A DNA stretch of 64,000 nucleotides from an uncultured bacterium (GCA_903895695.1 CAITUY010000047.1:10397-74396); one strand, 5' to 3'. Shown: positions 38,470 through 48,900, counted from the stretch's first letter. Numbers and translations: made by a program. The notes: generated from the sequence alone by a model not told the origin.

Positions 38470-39270
38470 CTATTGCCTCCTTCTGTCACGCCCTCCCCCA
38501 CCCGGCCAAGTCGGTCCCAAGCCGGAATTGCAGTATTTCTGGTCGCACGGCTTGCAGTCTGCATAGCGATCATCGGCCGGGACACTCCCGGAGCTGGGAA
38601 ATCCGTTGAACCCGGCCTTGGCAAAATCTATGGAATTAGCCACTTCCGGCCAGTCCGATGGCTGAAACGACTTCCAGGCGACGATAGCTGCCTCCATCTG
38701 CACTGTCGAGGCGTCGCACAACTTCGCCATCCATCCGAATAGAGCGTAGTTGACTGACCACTTCCAGTAGCAACTACCATTCACGGTCACGGACTCGGAG
38801 CACTTGCGGCCGAAGGGACACTGCGAAACGCCATCGGCACCTCGGATACGAGGATCGGCCCAGACCAGACTGGCCAGATCCCACCCACCGAATGCAAAGT
38901 CCGGGGACTGTGTCCAGTCCTTAAAGAACGGATCACAATTCGAAGCAGCACGTTTCGGGTCTGTCTGCTTCAGATCGTTGAAACGCTGTTCAACCTGCGT
39001 CTTCGATGCCTTCAATCCATCCGTAACGTCTGGCCCGCATTTCCAGCACGACTTGTTGAACCACCAATCCCACATGGTGGATAAACCGAAAGGGTCGTAC
39101 TTAGACAAAGGTTCGTTAAGCGCGAACCCGTATAGGTTGTAGTCGCGGTTAATCGTACGCCTGCGGTTATGCGCTCTGAATCCAAGTTCGCGGATGGGAT
39201 CACGACTCATCCATCTCCCGGTCCCTGGAGAGAAGAAAATGAGTCTATAATACGGAATATACGTTACCAT
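38470..39270 (-). CDS. orphan RHS C-terminal toxin cassette with degenerate/replaced 5' leader (Cys/Trp-rich CT)
   Basis: MVTYIPYYRLIFFSPGTGRWMSRDPIRELGFRAHNRRRTINRDYNLYGFALNEPLSKYDPFGLS… keeps the GRW.SRDP…NLYGF…DPxGL tail, but the first ~25 codons are replaced by an AT-rich sequence. Confidence 0.5.
   Translation of the reverse strand: MVTYIPYYRLIFFSPGTGRWMSRDPIRELGFRAHNRRRTINRDYNLYGFALNEPLSKYDPFGLSTMWDWWFNKSCWKCGPDVTDGLKASKTQVEQRFNDLKQTDPKRAASNCDPFFKDWTQSPDFAFGGWDLASLVWADPRIRGADGVSQCPFGRKCSESVTVNGSCYWKWSVNYALFGWMAKLCDASTVQMEAAIVAWKSFQPSDWPEVANSIDFAKAGFNGFPSSGSVPADDRYADCKPCDQKYCNSGLGPTWPGGGGRDRRRQ
39228..39270 (-). promoter_or_regulatory. AT-rich segment with sigma70-like -35/-10 (TTGAAT-N16-TATTAT on the minus strand) at the head of the array
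   Basis: Minus-strand sequence TTGAATGGTAACGTATATTCCGTATTATAGACTC is ~30% GC in a ~65% GC background. Speculative; promoter consensus in this lineage is unknown. Confidence 0.2.
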
Positions 39271-39344
39271 TCAAGAAGAATGTGTCGTCCAGGAATGGCG
39301 CGTCCCCCTATCGCGATCCGTCTGGCAGGTGGTGCCACCGGCGA

Positions 39345-40880
39345 TCATCCGGCCGCGGGATGGACGACGAGTTCCGCCCAAGTCACCGTCACCGCCGATT
39401 TCGCCTGGATTTCGACCACGTTGTAGCCGTCGCGCAAGGCCGCTACCGGCACGCGATAGCGCCCGGCCGGCTCCTCGGGACAGGGCTTGGCCAGGTTGAC
39501 GGGCTCAGCCGCCCCGCACGGTTCGCCGTTGACGCGCACGGTCGCCGCATCACCGACGCCGCCGGCCGGGCCGAACGCCAACACGACCCAGGCCTCGCCC
39601 GCTGATGGACGCGGTCCGATCGGCAGCCTGAAGGCGTGCCACCCGCCGGCCCCGACCGGTGTCGGCAGCGTCGCCGCCGGCGGCTCGCCCACGGCCCAGG
39701 TGTCGGCAAAGGTCAACACGTGCCGCCGCGGCTGCGTCGCCATCGCCGCCGGGTCACCAATCTCGCGCAAGAGCCGCGGGTACTCGTCGCCCTGGTCAAG
39801 GGTGGTCTCGGAATCCATGTAGTTGAAGAGGTAGATCCGATCCGCGCCGCGCTGCAAAAGCGAAAGCGCCGCGCCGCGCACCGTCTCCAGCGAATTGGTC
39901 TGGAACCGATTCGACTCCGGGTAAGGCCGCAGCAGGACCTCCAGGCCGGCGCAAAGCTCCACCTTCGTGCCGGAAAGCAGTGCGCGCCACAACTCCATGG
40001 GCATATCCGGCTCGGCGGTCGCCCAGAATGGGGTCACGACCAACCAGTCGATCAGCCCCTGCCGCGCCCAGGTCACGGCGTCCATGCCAAGCCCGAGGGC
40101 CGTCTGCGGACGCGACGGCACCCGCGCGCCCAGTCGGATCTTGTGGCCGCGCCGCTCTTCGCAGTTGTCGAGAAGCCGGCGGACCCGCCCGGTGAACTCG
40201 GTCAACAGCCCGGCCCCTTCCGCCTCATGGCCAGGGCGGAAGTGAAAGCCGAACCGCATCCAGTCCAGTTCGAGGCCGTCGAAATCGTAGCGCTCCGCCA
40301 GTTCCTCGACTAACCGGAAATGGTACTCGCGAACCTCCGCGTGCCCGTAGTCGAAGGCGCGGTCGGGCCAACCCCTGAAGCGGTACGACACGCAGCGGTA
40401 CTCGGGGTGTTCGCGCCAAAATTCGCTGTGAATGTAGCAGCGCTCGTCGTCCACGTTGTGGATGTCGTTCATACGCATGGAAAGCCAGGGCGCAATGCCG
40501 TGCTTCCGGGCGCGGGCGATCCAGCGGGCATAGACGTCGATCCCGGCCTGGTCGAGCGCCCAGGCCGTATGAATCCACTTACGCGCCTGGATCCGGCCTT
40601 CCGGCGTCAGGCTGGCCAGCAGCGGCTGGTCGTCCGGCGCGTGCGGGTCGTAGCCGCGCCAGATCGGGTCCCACACGCGGCTGGCGTAGCTGGTGCGCAT
40701 GCTGTTCGGGGAGAACAGCAGGTGCGACACCTGCGTACCGGCATATTGATCCACCAGCGCGTCGACGGTTTCCGCGGTCGACGGCTTGCCGGCGCGGCTG
40801 AAGAAAAAATGGGAGTTGTCTTCGTTAAGGGCAATGCCGCTCATGGCTTTCCTTTCAGGCGTACAGCCACCCGACGTCAA
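39345..40880 (-). CDS. glycoside-hydrolase-like TIM-barrel protein (GHL10/GH-like family candidate)
   Basis: 511 aa; alpha/beta-barrel-like periodicity; C-terminal beta-sandwich; start probably MSGIALNE… (~40844). Confidence 0.35.
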   Translation of the reverse strand: MTSGGCTPERKAMSGIALNEDNSHFFFSRAGKPSTAETVDALVDQYAGTQVSHLLFSPNSMRTSYASRVWDPIWRGYDPHAPDDQPLLASLTPEGRIQARKWIHTAWALDQAGIDVYARWIARARKHGIAPWLSMRMNDIHNVDDERCYIHSEFWREHPEYRCVSYRFRGWPDRAFDYGHAEVREYHFRLVEELAERYDFDGLELDWMRFGFHFRPGHEAEGAGLLTEFTGRVRRLLDNCEERRGHKIRLGARVPSRPQTALGLGMDAVTWARQGLIDWLVVTPFWATAEPDMPMELWRALLSGTKVELCAGLEVLLRPYPESNRFQTNSLETVRGAALSLLQRGADRIYLFNYMDSETTLDQGDEYPRLLREIGDPAAMATQPRRHVLTFADTWAVGEPPAATLPTPVGAGGWHAFRLPIGPRPSAGEAWVVLAFGPAGGVGDAATVRVNGEPCGAAEPVNLAKPCPEEPAGRYRVPVAALRDGYNVVEIQAKSAVTVTWAELVVHPAAG

Positions 40881-41931
40881 ACACGGCGCCGCAGAGATGG
40901 TTATCGCGGTGGGTCATGTACCAGGCGTCACTGTACGGCGTCTCGGTGTAACTCACGATCACGCGACCCTGCCGGGTGCAGAAGGCCACGGGGTTGTAGT
41001 AGCCGAGGCGCGGATTGTCGGCCAGTTTCCGCACGTGGGTCCAGGTCACGCCCTCGTCACGGGAGAGAGCGACGGTGAGGGGCGAGCGCTTGCCATAGTG
41101 GCTGGCAAACTCCGGGTCGTATTCGGCGTTGCACCAGACGATCATCAGGTCGCCCGTCGAAAGCCGGATGAGTTCGGGGCAGGTTTCCGGCGACCGCAGG
41201 CCCGTCGTCTGCGCCTTACTCCAGGTTTCGCCGCCGTCGGCGGAGTGCGACTGGAACACAGCGCCCAGTTGCGTGCGCATGACCATGAGCAGGCGGCCAT
41301 CGCGGAGTTCCTCGATATGCGCTTCCATGGCCCCGCGCAAAGGCAGGTCGACCCAGTTCCGGCTCGGCCGCCAAGTGCGGCCGTCGTCGTCGCTGAGCAG
41401 CGCGCCAAGAACCTCGTGATCCGTTGGCGACCAGGTCGCCCCGGTCTGGCGCCCGGCGGGGAGGACAATCCGTCCGCGCCGCAGTTGCTTGAGGACGCCG
41501 CTGGCGCATCCGATGGGCTGCCGCTCGGAGATGGCCGCCGGTTCCCCGAACGTCGCGCCCTCGTCGCTGGAGCGGCACGCGTACAGACTCATCACCGGCG
41601 CCTTGCCAGCCGCCAAGACGTTATAGCGCATGAACACGTACAGGATCTCGCCGCTGGCCAGGCGCAGAAGGTTGGAGTTGTAGACGTTGACGTCGCCGGG
41701 GTTATTGGTGACGCGGATCCGCTTGTCTCCCCAGGTCAGCCCGCCATCGCGCGAGACGACAGTGACCAACTGGTTAATCCCGTCGTCTCCGCCGCCCACC
41801 GCACTCGGCAGGTACTCCTGGTATCCCAGCAAAATCGACCCGTTCTTGAGTTCGACCATCCCGGCCTCGGAATTGCGCGGGTTGTCTTTGCCCGCCCGGG
41901 CGATGATGATATCGGTCTTATCCAATGGCAT
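40855..41931 (-). CDS. BNR/Asp-box repeat exo-alpha-sialidase-like protein
   Basis: Asp-boxes SRDGGLTW, SSDEGATF, SDDDGRTW, SADGGETW, SRDEGVTW. Confidence 0.7.
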   Translation of the reverse strand: MPLDKTDIIIARAGKDNPRNSEAGMVELKNGSILLGYQEYLPSAVGGGDDGINQLVTVVSRDGGLTWGDKRIRVTNNPGDVNVYNSNLLRLASGEILYVFMRYNVLAAGKAPVMSLYACRSSDEGATFGEPAAISERQPIGCASGVLKQLRRGRIVLPAGRQTGATWSPTDHEVLGALLSDDDGRTWRPSRNWVDLPLRGAMEAHIEELRDGRLLMVMRTQLGAVFQSHSADGGETWSKAQTTGLRSPETCPELIRLSTGDLMIVWCNAEYDPEFASHYGKRSPLTVALSRDEGVTWTHVRKLADNPRLGYYNPVAFCTRQGRVIVSYTETPYSDAWYMTHRDNHLCGAVFDVGWLYA

Positions 41932-41966
41932 AACTGAGTCCCCCTGCTGTGGTTACGTCAAGGTCC

Positions 41967-42749
41967 CTACTTCTCCGCCACGATCGTGGCACGGCCGTAG
42001 CCTGAGCTGTTGGTGCCGGCACTGTTCGTGGAATAGAGTCGAACAACCTGCGGCGTTGTGTTGGGCCGGACCAAGGTGGTCACCGCCACATCCAGCAGCA
42101 ACGCGGCAGCGTCCGGCTGCCACCCAAAGAAGTCGAGAGGCACCGTGGCACTCAGAATATATCCGCCGTCCTCGTAGGCTACCACCCAGGCTACGGGCGG
42201 CGGATCCGGAAGCTCCTTGCCGTTCGCAAAACCCTTGGCCGTCCCTTTCTGGACATTACTCTCGATCTGAAATATCACCTGCCGAATAGCGTGGCCGTCC
42301 TCCGATGCACCGGATATTTCCACCACGCCGCCCCAATTCAGGGTCGTGAGTTTGGCACGCAAATCCCGCACGAAGATGCGCGCGGCCAGGTTTGTCCCGG
42401 CAACGGCAAAGGCGGCCGTCCCGTACGTGCGCCCGGCCGAGTCAATAGCCACGGGGGTGGCGGCATCCAGCAGGACTTCGACGCGCTCGGCACGACCTCG
42501 CGGGATCTGCAGCGCGGGCCGCGCCTGTTCCGCCGGGACCGCCTGGCTTGGCGCCACGGCGCCCCACAGGCAGACGGCCAACAGCCAGGGAAGGCCGGCA
42601 CCGCAACGAACCCGCCGTACGACCTCACGCCGCAACTTGCCACTCAAATTGCAGTTCACTCCCCTCTGCCCTGATCGTTGGATCATGTCCCCTTTCTCAG
42701 GCATCAACCAAGGCCGCCACGCCGTCTTCGGCGGCAACGACCCGGGCAT
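41967..42749 (-). CDS. secreted hypothetical protein
   Basis: Signal-like GAGLPWLLAVCLWGAVAPSQA; no recognised family. Confidence 0.3.
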   Translation of the reverse strand: MPGSLPPKTAWRPWLMPEKGDMIQRSGQRGVNCNLSGKLRREVVRRVRCGAGLPWLLAVCLWGAVAPSQAVPAEQARPALQIPRGRAERVEVLLDAATPVAIDSAGRTYGTAAFAVAGTNLAARIFVRDLRAKLTTLNWGGVVEISGASEDGHAIRQVIFQIESNVQKGTAKGFANGKELPDPPPVAWVVAYEDGGYILSATVPLDFFGWQPDAAALLLDVAVTTLVRPNTTPQVVRLYSTNSAGTNSSGYGRATIVAEK

Positions 42750-45534
42750 ACACGCCCCAGGCCAGACCGTGTTGCGATACTAAGCCGAAAAGAATCTCAT
42801 TCAGGCCCCGGCGCCAACGTACCGCGGCGCCGTACTGTCCTTCGACGGCGGGATTGGTGGCCTTGGGCCGGCAGTCCACGGCTTGACCGTTAACCCAGAC
42901 GCGAACCGGGCCATCGGCCCCGTAGACGAGGCTGCCGGCGCCACCCGATTCCAAGTGGCAGGTGGTGCGGATGTAGAGCAGACCGTGCCGGCCGGCATGG
43001 AATTTCTGCACGTTGCAAAAGGCCGACTCCGGCACCACGGTGGTGACGGGCGCGAAGGCCAGGGAGGCCCGGGGCGGCGGCGCCTTGGCCACATCGGCCG
43101 GCGCCCGCTGAAGCGCGCTGCATTCAAACTCGCGCAGCAAGCGGGTCCCGAAGCTGCGCACCGCGGGGCGCAGCACGGCGGGCGCCACGGTCAGTCGCAA
43201 CGCGGTCGGAGCCAGGCCCGGCGCCTCCGCCGTCAGATTGAGGTCTCCCGCCGAGGACCCGGCCTGGACGATGACCTGGCACCAGCCGTTGAACGCGCGG
43301 CGTTGCCGGGCTCGGTCGGGCTCATGGCTGGACGGATCGCCGTTGCCGACCCCGAGGATTTTTCCGGCGCCAGCCACCGCGAAGCGGATTGGATTATCCG
43401 CCACCGGAACCACCCGGCCGCGGGCGTCGACCACGGCCACGTTGACCGCGACCGTGTCTTCCCCATCCGCGCGCAGGCTCCTCTGGTCGGCGATCAACTT
43501 CAACCCGGCGGGCGCGCCGGTGGTCGCCACGCGCCGCACGGCAACGACTTTGCCGGCTTTCCAGCCGCGCGCCTCCAGCGTGCCGGGCTTGTAGCGGACC
43601 TGCCATTCGAGGTGACGGGCGGTCTTGACTTTCTTCCGGCCCAGGCTGCGACCACTAAGGAAGAGTTCGACGGCATCGCAGTTGGAGTGGACGCGAACCG
43701 GCACAGGCTTGCCTTCCCGCCCCGGCCAGTTCCAGTGGGGGAACACATGCAGCACGGTACGGTTGCTCCACCACGCCTGGTAGTAATAGTAATCGTCCTT
43801 CGGGAACCCGCACGTGTCCATGATGCCGAAGTGCGAATTGATGCACGGCCAGCCGTAAGGCGTCGGCTCCCCGCGGTAGTCGAATCCTGTCCACACAAAC
43901 GTGCCAGCCAGCCACGGGCGCTCCAGGCAGAACCGCCAGTTGTATTCGGCGGTCTTGCCCCAGCCGGCCGCCTCGTCGCCGTAGGTCGAAACGTAACCCT
44001 TGACCGGGTCCGTGGCGTAGATGCCGCGCGTGGCGACCGCGCTGCACGATTCGGTATGGACGATCGGCTTGTCCGGAAAACGCCGGTGAAAAGCGTCAAC
44101 CACCTCGTAACTATAGTTGCAGCCCTGCACGTCCAACGCCGCGGACATCTCCCGGCCCCAGGTCGAGATCCCGTCGTTCATGGCCATGGTGACCAGCCGC
44201 GTCGGGTCCAGCCGCCGGACCACGCGTTTCATGGTTTGCGCCATTCGCCCACCTTCTTCCGTTCCCTGCAGTGGCTCCTCGTTGGCCAGGCTCCAGAGAA
44301 TGACCGACGGATGATTGCGGTCGCGCCGGACCAGGCTCTCGAGTTGGGCGAGAACCTCGGGCGAACTGCCGAGAAGGCGGTTCTCGTCGATGACCAGCAT
44401 GCCGAGCCGGTCACAGACGTCCAGCAGTTCCGGTGTTGGGGGATTGTGACTGCACCGGTACGCGTTACAGCCCATCTCCTTGAGGAGCCGGATCCGGTAT
44501 TCCTGCAGGGCATCGGGCAGGGCGGCGCCGACCCCGGCATGATCCTGGTGACAGCAGACACCCTGAAGCGGGACCCGCTCGCCGTTGAGCAGGAACCCCC
44601 GGTCCGGATCGAAGACAGCGGTCCGGACGCCGAAGCGCGTTCGTGTCTCGTCGATCAGGCTGTGCCCATCTTCCAGCGTGGCCACCGCGGTATAGAGATG
44701 CGGAGTCGTCAAGGACCAGAGCCGGGGCTGGCGCAGCTCGACGGCCTGTGTCACCGTGCCTTCTTCGCCTGGCGCCAGGGCCAGTTTCACCGTGGCCGTG
44801 CCCGCGGGCCGGCCCGCCTGATCGAGCAGGACGATCGTAAGGCGCGGGTTGGCGGCTTCGTCGCTGTCGTTCCGCACCGTCGCCTGCACGGTGACCGCAG
44901 CGCTCGCGCCACCGTCGGCCACCGCAGCGGTCACGAAGACCCCGTCCGGCGCCACGTGTACCGGCGCATGCTTGACGAGCCAGGCATGGCGGTAGATGCC
45001 GCCCCCCTCGTAAAACCAGCCCTCGTACTCCGTGGCGTCGGCCCGCACGACGAGGGCGTTGTCCCGGCCGAAGCGGGTAATGTCGGTGACGTCGAAACGG
45101 AACCCGGTGTAGCCGCTCAGGTGCCGACCCAGGAAGTGCCCGTTGTACCACACGCTGCTGTTGCGCGACACGCCGTCGAATTCGACGGAAAGACGCCGGC
45201 CCCGGTCGCTCTCCGGGACGATGAACCGCTTGCGATACCAGCCGACCGCGGCCGGCAAGGAACCATGCATGGTGTAAAGGCTCTGCCCGGGTGCCAGGCC
45301 GGCAATGCCCTGAACTTCGCCCGTCGATTCCAAAACGCGGCTGAACTGGCCTTCGACGATGAAGTCGTGAGGCAGGTCGACGCGGCGCCAGGCCGAGTCG
45401 TCCAGCGCAGGATCGGCCGCCCCGGTGTTGAAGTTGCCGGCCTTGGCCCAGCCGCCGTGCCCTTTGGGAAAGGGAATATCGCCGCGGTGAAAACGCCATC
45501 CCGGATCCAACAATAGCCGTTCGCGTCCGTTCAT
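42697..45534 (-). CDS. glycoside hydrolase family 2 (beta-galactosidase/beta-glucuronidase-type)
   Basis: 945 aa; sugar-binding N-domain; catalytic-region motifs NAYRCSHNPPTPELLDVCDRLGMLVIDE and WSLANE typical of GH2. Confidence 0.7.
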   Translation of the reverse strand: MNGRERLLLDPGWRFHRGDIPFPKGHGGWAKAGNFNTGAADPALDDSAWRRVDLPHDFIVEGQFSRVLESTGEVQGIAGLAPGQSLYTMHGSLPAAVGWYRKRFIVPESDRGRRLSVEFDGVSRNSSVWYNGHFLGRHLSGYTGFRFDVTDITRFGRDNALVVRADATEYEGWFYEGGGIYRHAWLVKHAPVHVAPDGVFVTAAVADGGASAAVTVQATVRNDSDEAANPRLTIVLLDQAGRPAGTATVKLALAPGEEGTVTQAVELRQPRLWSLTTPHLYTAVATLEDGHSLIDETRTRFGVRTAVFDPDRGFLLNGERVPLQGVCCHQDHAGVGAALPDALQEYRIRLLKEMGCNAYRCSHNPPTPELLDVCDRLGMLVIDENRLLGSSPEVLAQLESLVRRDRNHPSVILWSLANEEPLQGTEEGGRMAQTMKRVVRRLDPTRLVTMAMNDGISTWGREMSAALDVQGCNYSYEVVDAFHRRFPDKPIVHTESCSAVATRGIYATDPVKGYVSTYGDEAAGWGKTAEYNWRFCLERPWLAGTFVWTGFDYRGEPTPYGWPCINSHFGIMDTCGFPKDDYYYYQAWWSNRTVLHVFPHWNWPGREGKPVPVRVHSNCDAVELFLSGRSLGRKKVKTARHLEWQVRYKPGTLEARGWKAGKVVAVRRVATTGAPAGLKLIADQRSLRADGEDTVAVNVAVVDARGRVVPVADNPIRFAVAGAGKILGVGNGDPSSHEPDRARQRRAFNGWCQVIVQAGSSAGDLNLTAEAPGLAPTALRLTVAPAVLRPAVRSFGTRLLREFECSALQRAPADVAKAPPPRASLAFAPVTTVVPESAFCNVQKFHAGRHGLLYIRTTCHLESGGAGSLVYGADGPVRVWVNGQAVDCRPKATNPAVEGQYGAAVRWRRGLNEILFGLVSQHGLAWGVYARVVAAEDGVAALVDA

Positions 45535-45971
45535 AAATCGATCTCCTCAATGCGGGCAGCGAATCTACCACATTCGAAAGCGCCGCCGCGACGAAGTGTT
45601 TGGACAGGGGCAACGCCTCTGTGACGCTCTGGGCCCCTGTAGGGGCGTCGCTGCGAGACCCGCGGGCGTCGGCCAGCGACGCCCCTACGCCTGCGCCCAC
45701 CCTAAGCATCACCGAGGCATTGCATGACGGGATCTACTGCAAGATGAACGCGGTCCCGTAGGTACCTTGGACCGAGACTTTCGTTGCTGCGAGTGTCTCG
45801 TCGAAGAACTTTCTCTTTTGGTTCGCGCTTGCCCAGCCACGTAGCACGGGCATCTTGCCCGTAGCCTTTCCTGTCGCTCGCCCATGCGCTTGGCTACGGG
45901 CTGGAAGCCCATGCCACGAAGGCCATGAGCCAACAACGAACCAAGAGCTCCAAACCCCGCCGCCCATCACC

Positions 45972-48900
45972 TCACTGAACGGTAAATATCACGCCCCGGT
46001 CGATGGGCAACTGTCCGTAGTAGACGGTCCCGAGGGTCGCGACCGGGATGTAACCGCCGACTGCGGTCCCCGGGTTGACCGCGACGTTGTTCGTGAAGGG
46101 CCAGTCCAGGAACTGTGACCACACCGCAATCCGGCCGCCTCCGCCGCCGCCACTTTCCGATCCGCCGTTCCCGCCGTTGGCCTGCATCCAACCGGTTGCC
46201 GTCCCGTTGAACCGTTTGCAGCGGACATAGATGCCACCACCGGAACCAGCGGCTTCATAGCCCGACGGCGCGCCCCCGTTGGCCGAAAGCGTGCCGTTGA
46301 GTAGTGCGCGGTTCGACACATCGATCCAGATCAGGCCGCCCCCACAGCCTCTGGTAGTTGAAGTGGCCCGGTAATCACCGCCGCCGCTGCCGGGCAGCAC
46401 CGGATTCGTCGCCGACCCGTAGGTCGTGCCCGGGTAACTGCCCGTGTGGTTCCCCTGCTGGCCGCCGCCGCCGTAGCCGCCGCCGCCGCCCGAGTTGGCG
46501 CCGCGATACCCAAAGCCGGGTCCGTAACCATTTTGGTGGACACTGTCGCCGTTGGCAAACCCCGCCGCATCGGCGTTGACCTGCCCGCCCTGGTCGATCC
46601 GCAGGTTGGTGCAGCGGAACTTCATCGAACCGCCGTTCGTCCCGTGCGAATAGGCGTAGATCGTGCAGTTCGTGGGCACCGCCAGGTCCCCGCCCCCCAA
46701 GTCCAGCAGGCCCCCGTAAGGGATGCCCGTCGCCCCGTTGGTCATGCCGGCATACACGGTGAACTTGCTGCCGTTCGTCAGCGCCAGTTTGCCGCCGATA
46801 GTCAGCGACAGCGGATTCGTCAAGGCATACTGGAAGGTCAGGGACCCGTTATTCAGCGTCACGTCCCCGCCCACGCTCAACGACTCCGTCGAGTTGGTGT
46901 TACGGTACAAGTTTGCGTAGCCGCCGTTCCAGGCCGAGAGGCTTCCGCAAGACAGGTTACCGCCGATCGTGAGCGTCAGGCCGGCGGCGCCGCCCGGGGT
47001 GGTGCCGCACACCTGCACCGCGTTCGTCACGGTTAGCCGGAAACCCGGTTCGTCGAAATACACGGCACAGTTGCTCACGGTCAGCGAGGCCGGCGCCCAG
47101 TTAGTGATCCCGTAAATCCGATAGGCATTGGAGAAGACGCTGCCAATCGTGTTCGGCAGCAACTGCGTATCGGGCAGGTAGATCGTGCCGGGCTGGGAAG
47201 CCCCGCCCCACGTGTTGCTGCGGGAGGTCGCCGAGAACGACACAGCCGAAGCCGGGCTCTCCCCCGGTTGCGCCCCGGTGTTGTAATAGACCGCGATCCG
47301 GCCCCCGCCGCCGCTGCCTCCATAGCTTATGCCACTGCCGCCGTCGGCCAGGATCTGGCCGTTGCCCGCGAGCGTGTTGCAGGTCACGTACACGCTGCCA
47401 CCCGCGCCACCGCCGGTTCGATCGCCGGAGACACCCGCCACACCGTTGGCCCGAATCACGCCGTTCACCAGTACGCGGCCCGTGGCCGCCACCCGGATGG
47501 CGCCGCCGCCGTTGCCCCCGCCCAACGAGCCGCCACCCGCTCCGCCGCTGCCCGCCGCGATCGGCGCATACGCCGAGTCATAAGCGCTCCCGACGATAGT
47601 GCCCGAGTCAAGACTCTTCGAGCCGATGCCGCCATGGCCCCCGCCGACGCCTTCGTTGGCGCCGCCGCCATAATACGGTCCACCCCCCGGCCCCTGGCCG
47701 CTCAGCGTCGCTCCGCCGGCCACATACCCCTTCCCGTTCGCATCCAGCGAACCGCCCGCATTCACCGTCAGGGTCGCGCAGGCGATGTTCACCCGGTTCG
47801 AAACGCCGGGCGCCGCGATCGTGTCGATTGCCGCGTGCGTGATCACCCCATTGGACAGCACCAGGACGTCCGTCGCGCTGAGTTGCGTCAGCCAGTTTGT
47901 GAACAGCAGCGTCGCGCCATTGCTCACGGTCACCGACTGCACGGCGGCCGGATCCGTCAGGATGCAAGTGCCCGACCCGATGATGCAGCTATCGTTCGGC
48001 CCCGGCACCCCCGACGGCGACCAGTTCGACGCGGTCAACCACGGGTTCACGCCGGTCCACGTGCGCGTCTTGGGCGAGGTGTCCGCAAAATTGGCCACGA
48101 TCGTGCGCGCCGAATCCATCGTCACGGTCAGCGGATTCACGAACGACTGCCCCGAGGGCACGCCGGCTCCCGACCACATCGAGAAGGCGTAGGGGGCGGC
48201 GGAGGTGGCCGTGATCGTTACCTGCACGACGTTGGTGTACCAGCCGCTCATGTCCTGCGCCAGGCCGCCGTTGGCGGCCGCGGAACACGTCAGGTACCAC
48301 TGGTTGGTCCAGTTCCACACGAGTGTGACGTTCGTATTCACCGTGAACACCGCCTGCGTGGTGCCGTCGCCGCCCAGCACGACGCCCGCGTCGTTCGTGA
48401 GCGTCCACCCGTAGCAGATGTAGCGCGTCGTTGCCGTCTGTTCGGTCGTGAGCGGGATCGAGTTCGTGACCACCGTGCCCGGACCCATGGGGGTGCTGCC
48501 GTAGTCGTACGGAGTGGAGACGTCGTGGCGAGTCGGATTGCCCCGCACGCGCAGCAGCAGAGAGAGGCTCGGATCGCTCACCGAGTAGAAGGTCCCGGTC
48601 CAGCCGTTGTAGGTCGCGCCGCCGCCCTGGCCGATGCCGCCGTTCATCGAAATGGTGCCGCCGAACAGGTTGGTCACCCAGTTGACCAGCGCGATGCGGC
48701 CGCCGCCGCCACCGCCGCTCTCGCTACCCCCATTACCCCCGTTCACCCGGATGACCCCGGTGGTGGTACTGCCCAGCATGCGGCACCGGATGTAGATGCC
48801 GCCGCCCGAACCCGCCCCTTGGTAGCCGTTGGGCGAGGTGCCATTCGCGCTTATGGTTCCGTGGCACAGCACCTGATTCGTGACTTCGAGCCAGATCAGC

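Noticed and set aside
19396-39300. CRISPR array, given regularly spaced ~100-nt repeats
   Set aside because: Repeats are ~100+ nt, spaced by ~1-1.3 kb of protein-coding DNA, far from CRISPR geometry (28-37 nt repeats with similar-size spacers). No cas-like genes are present.
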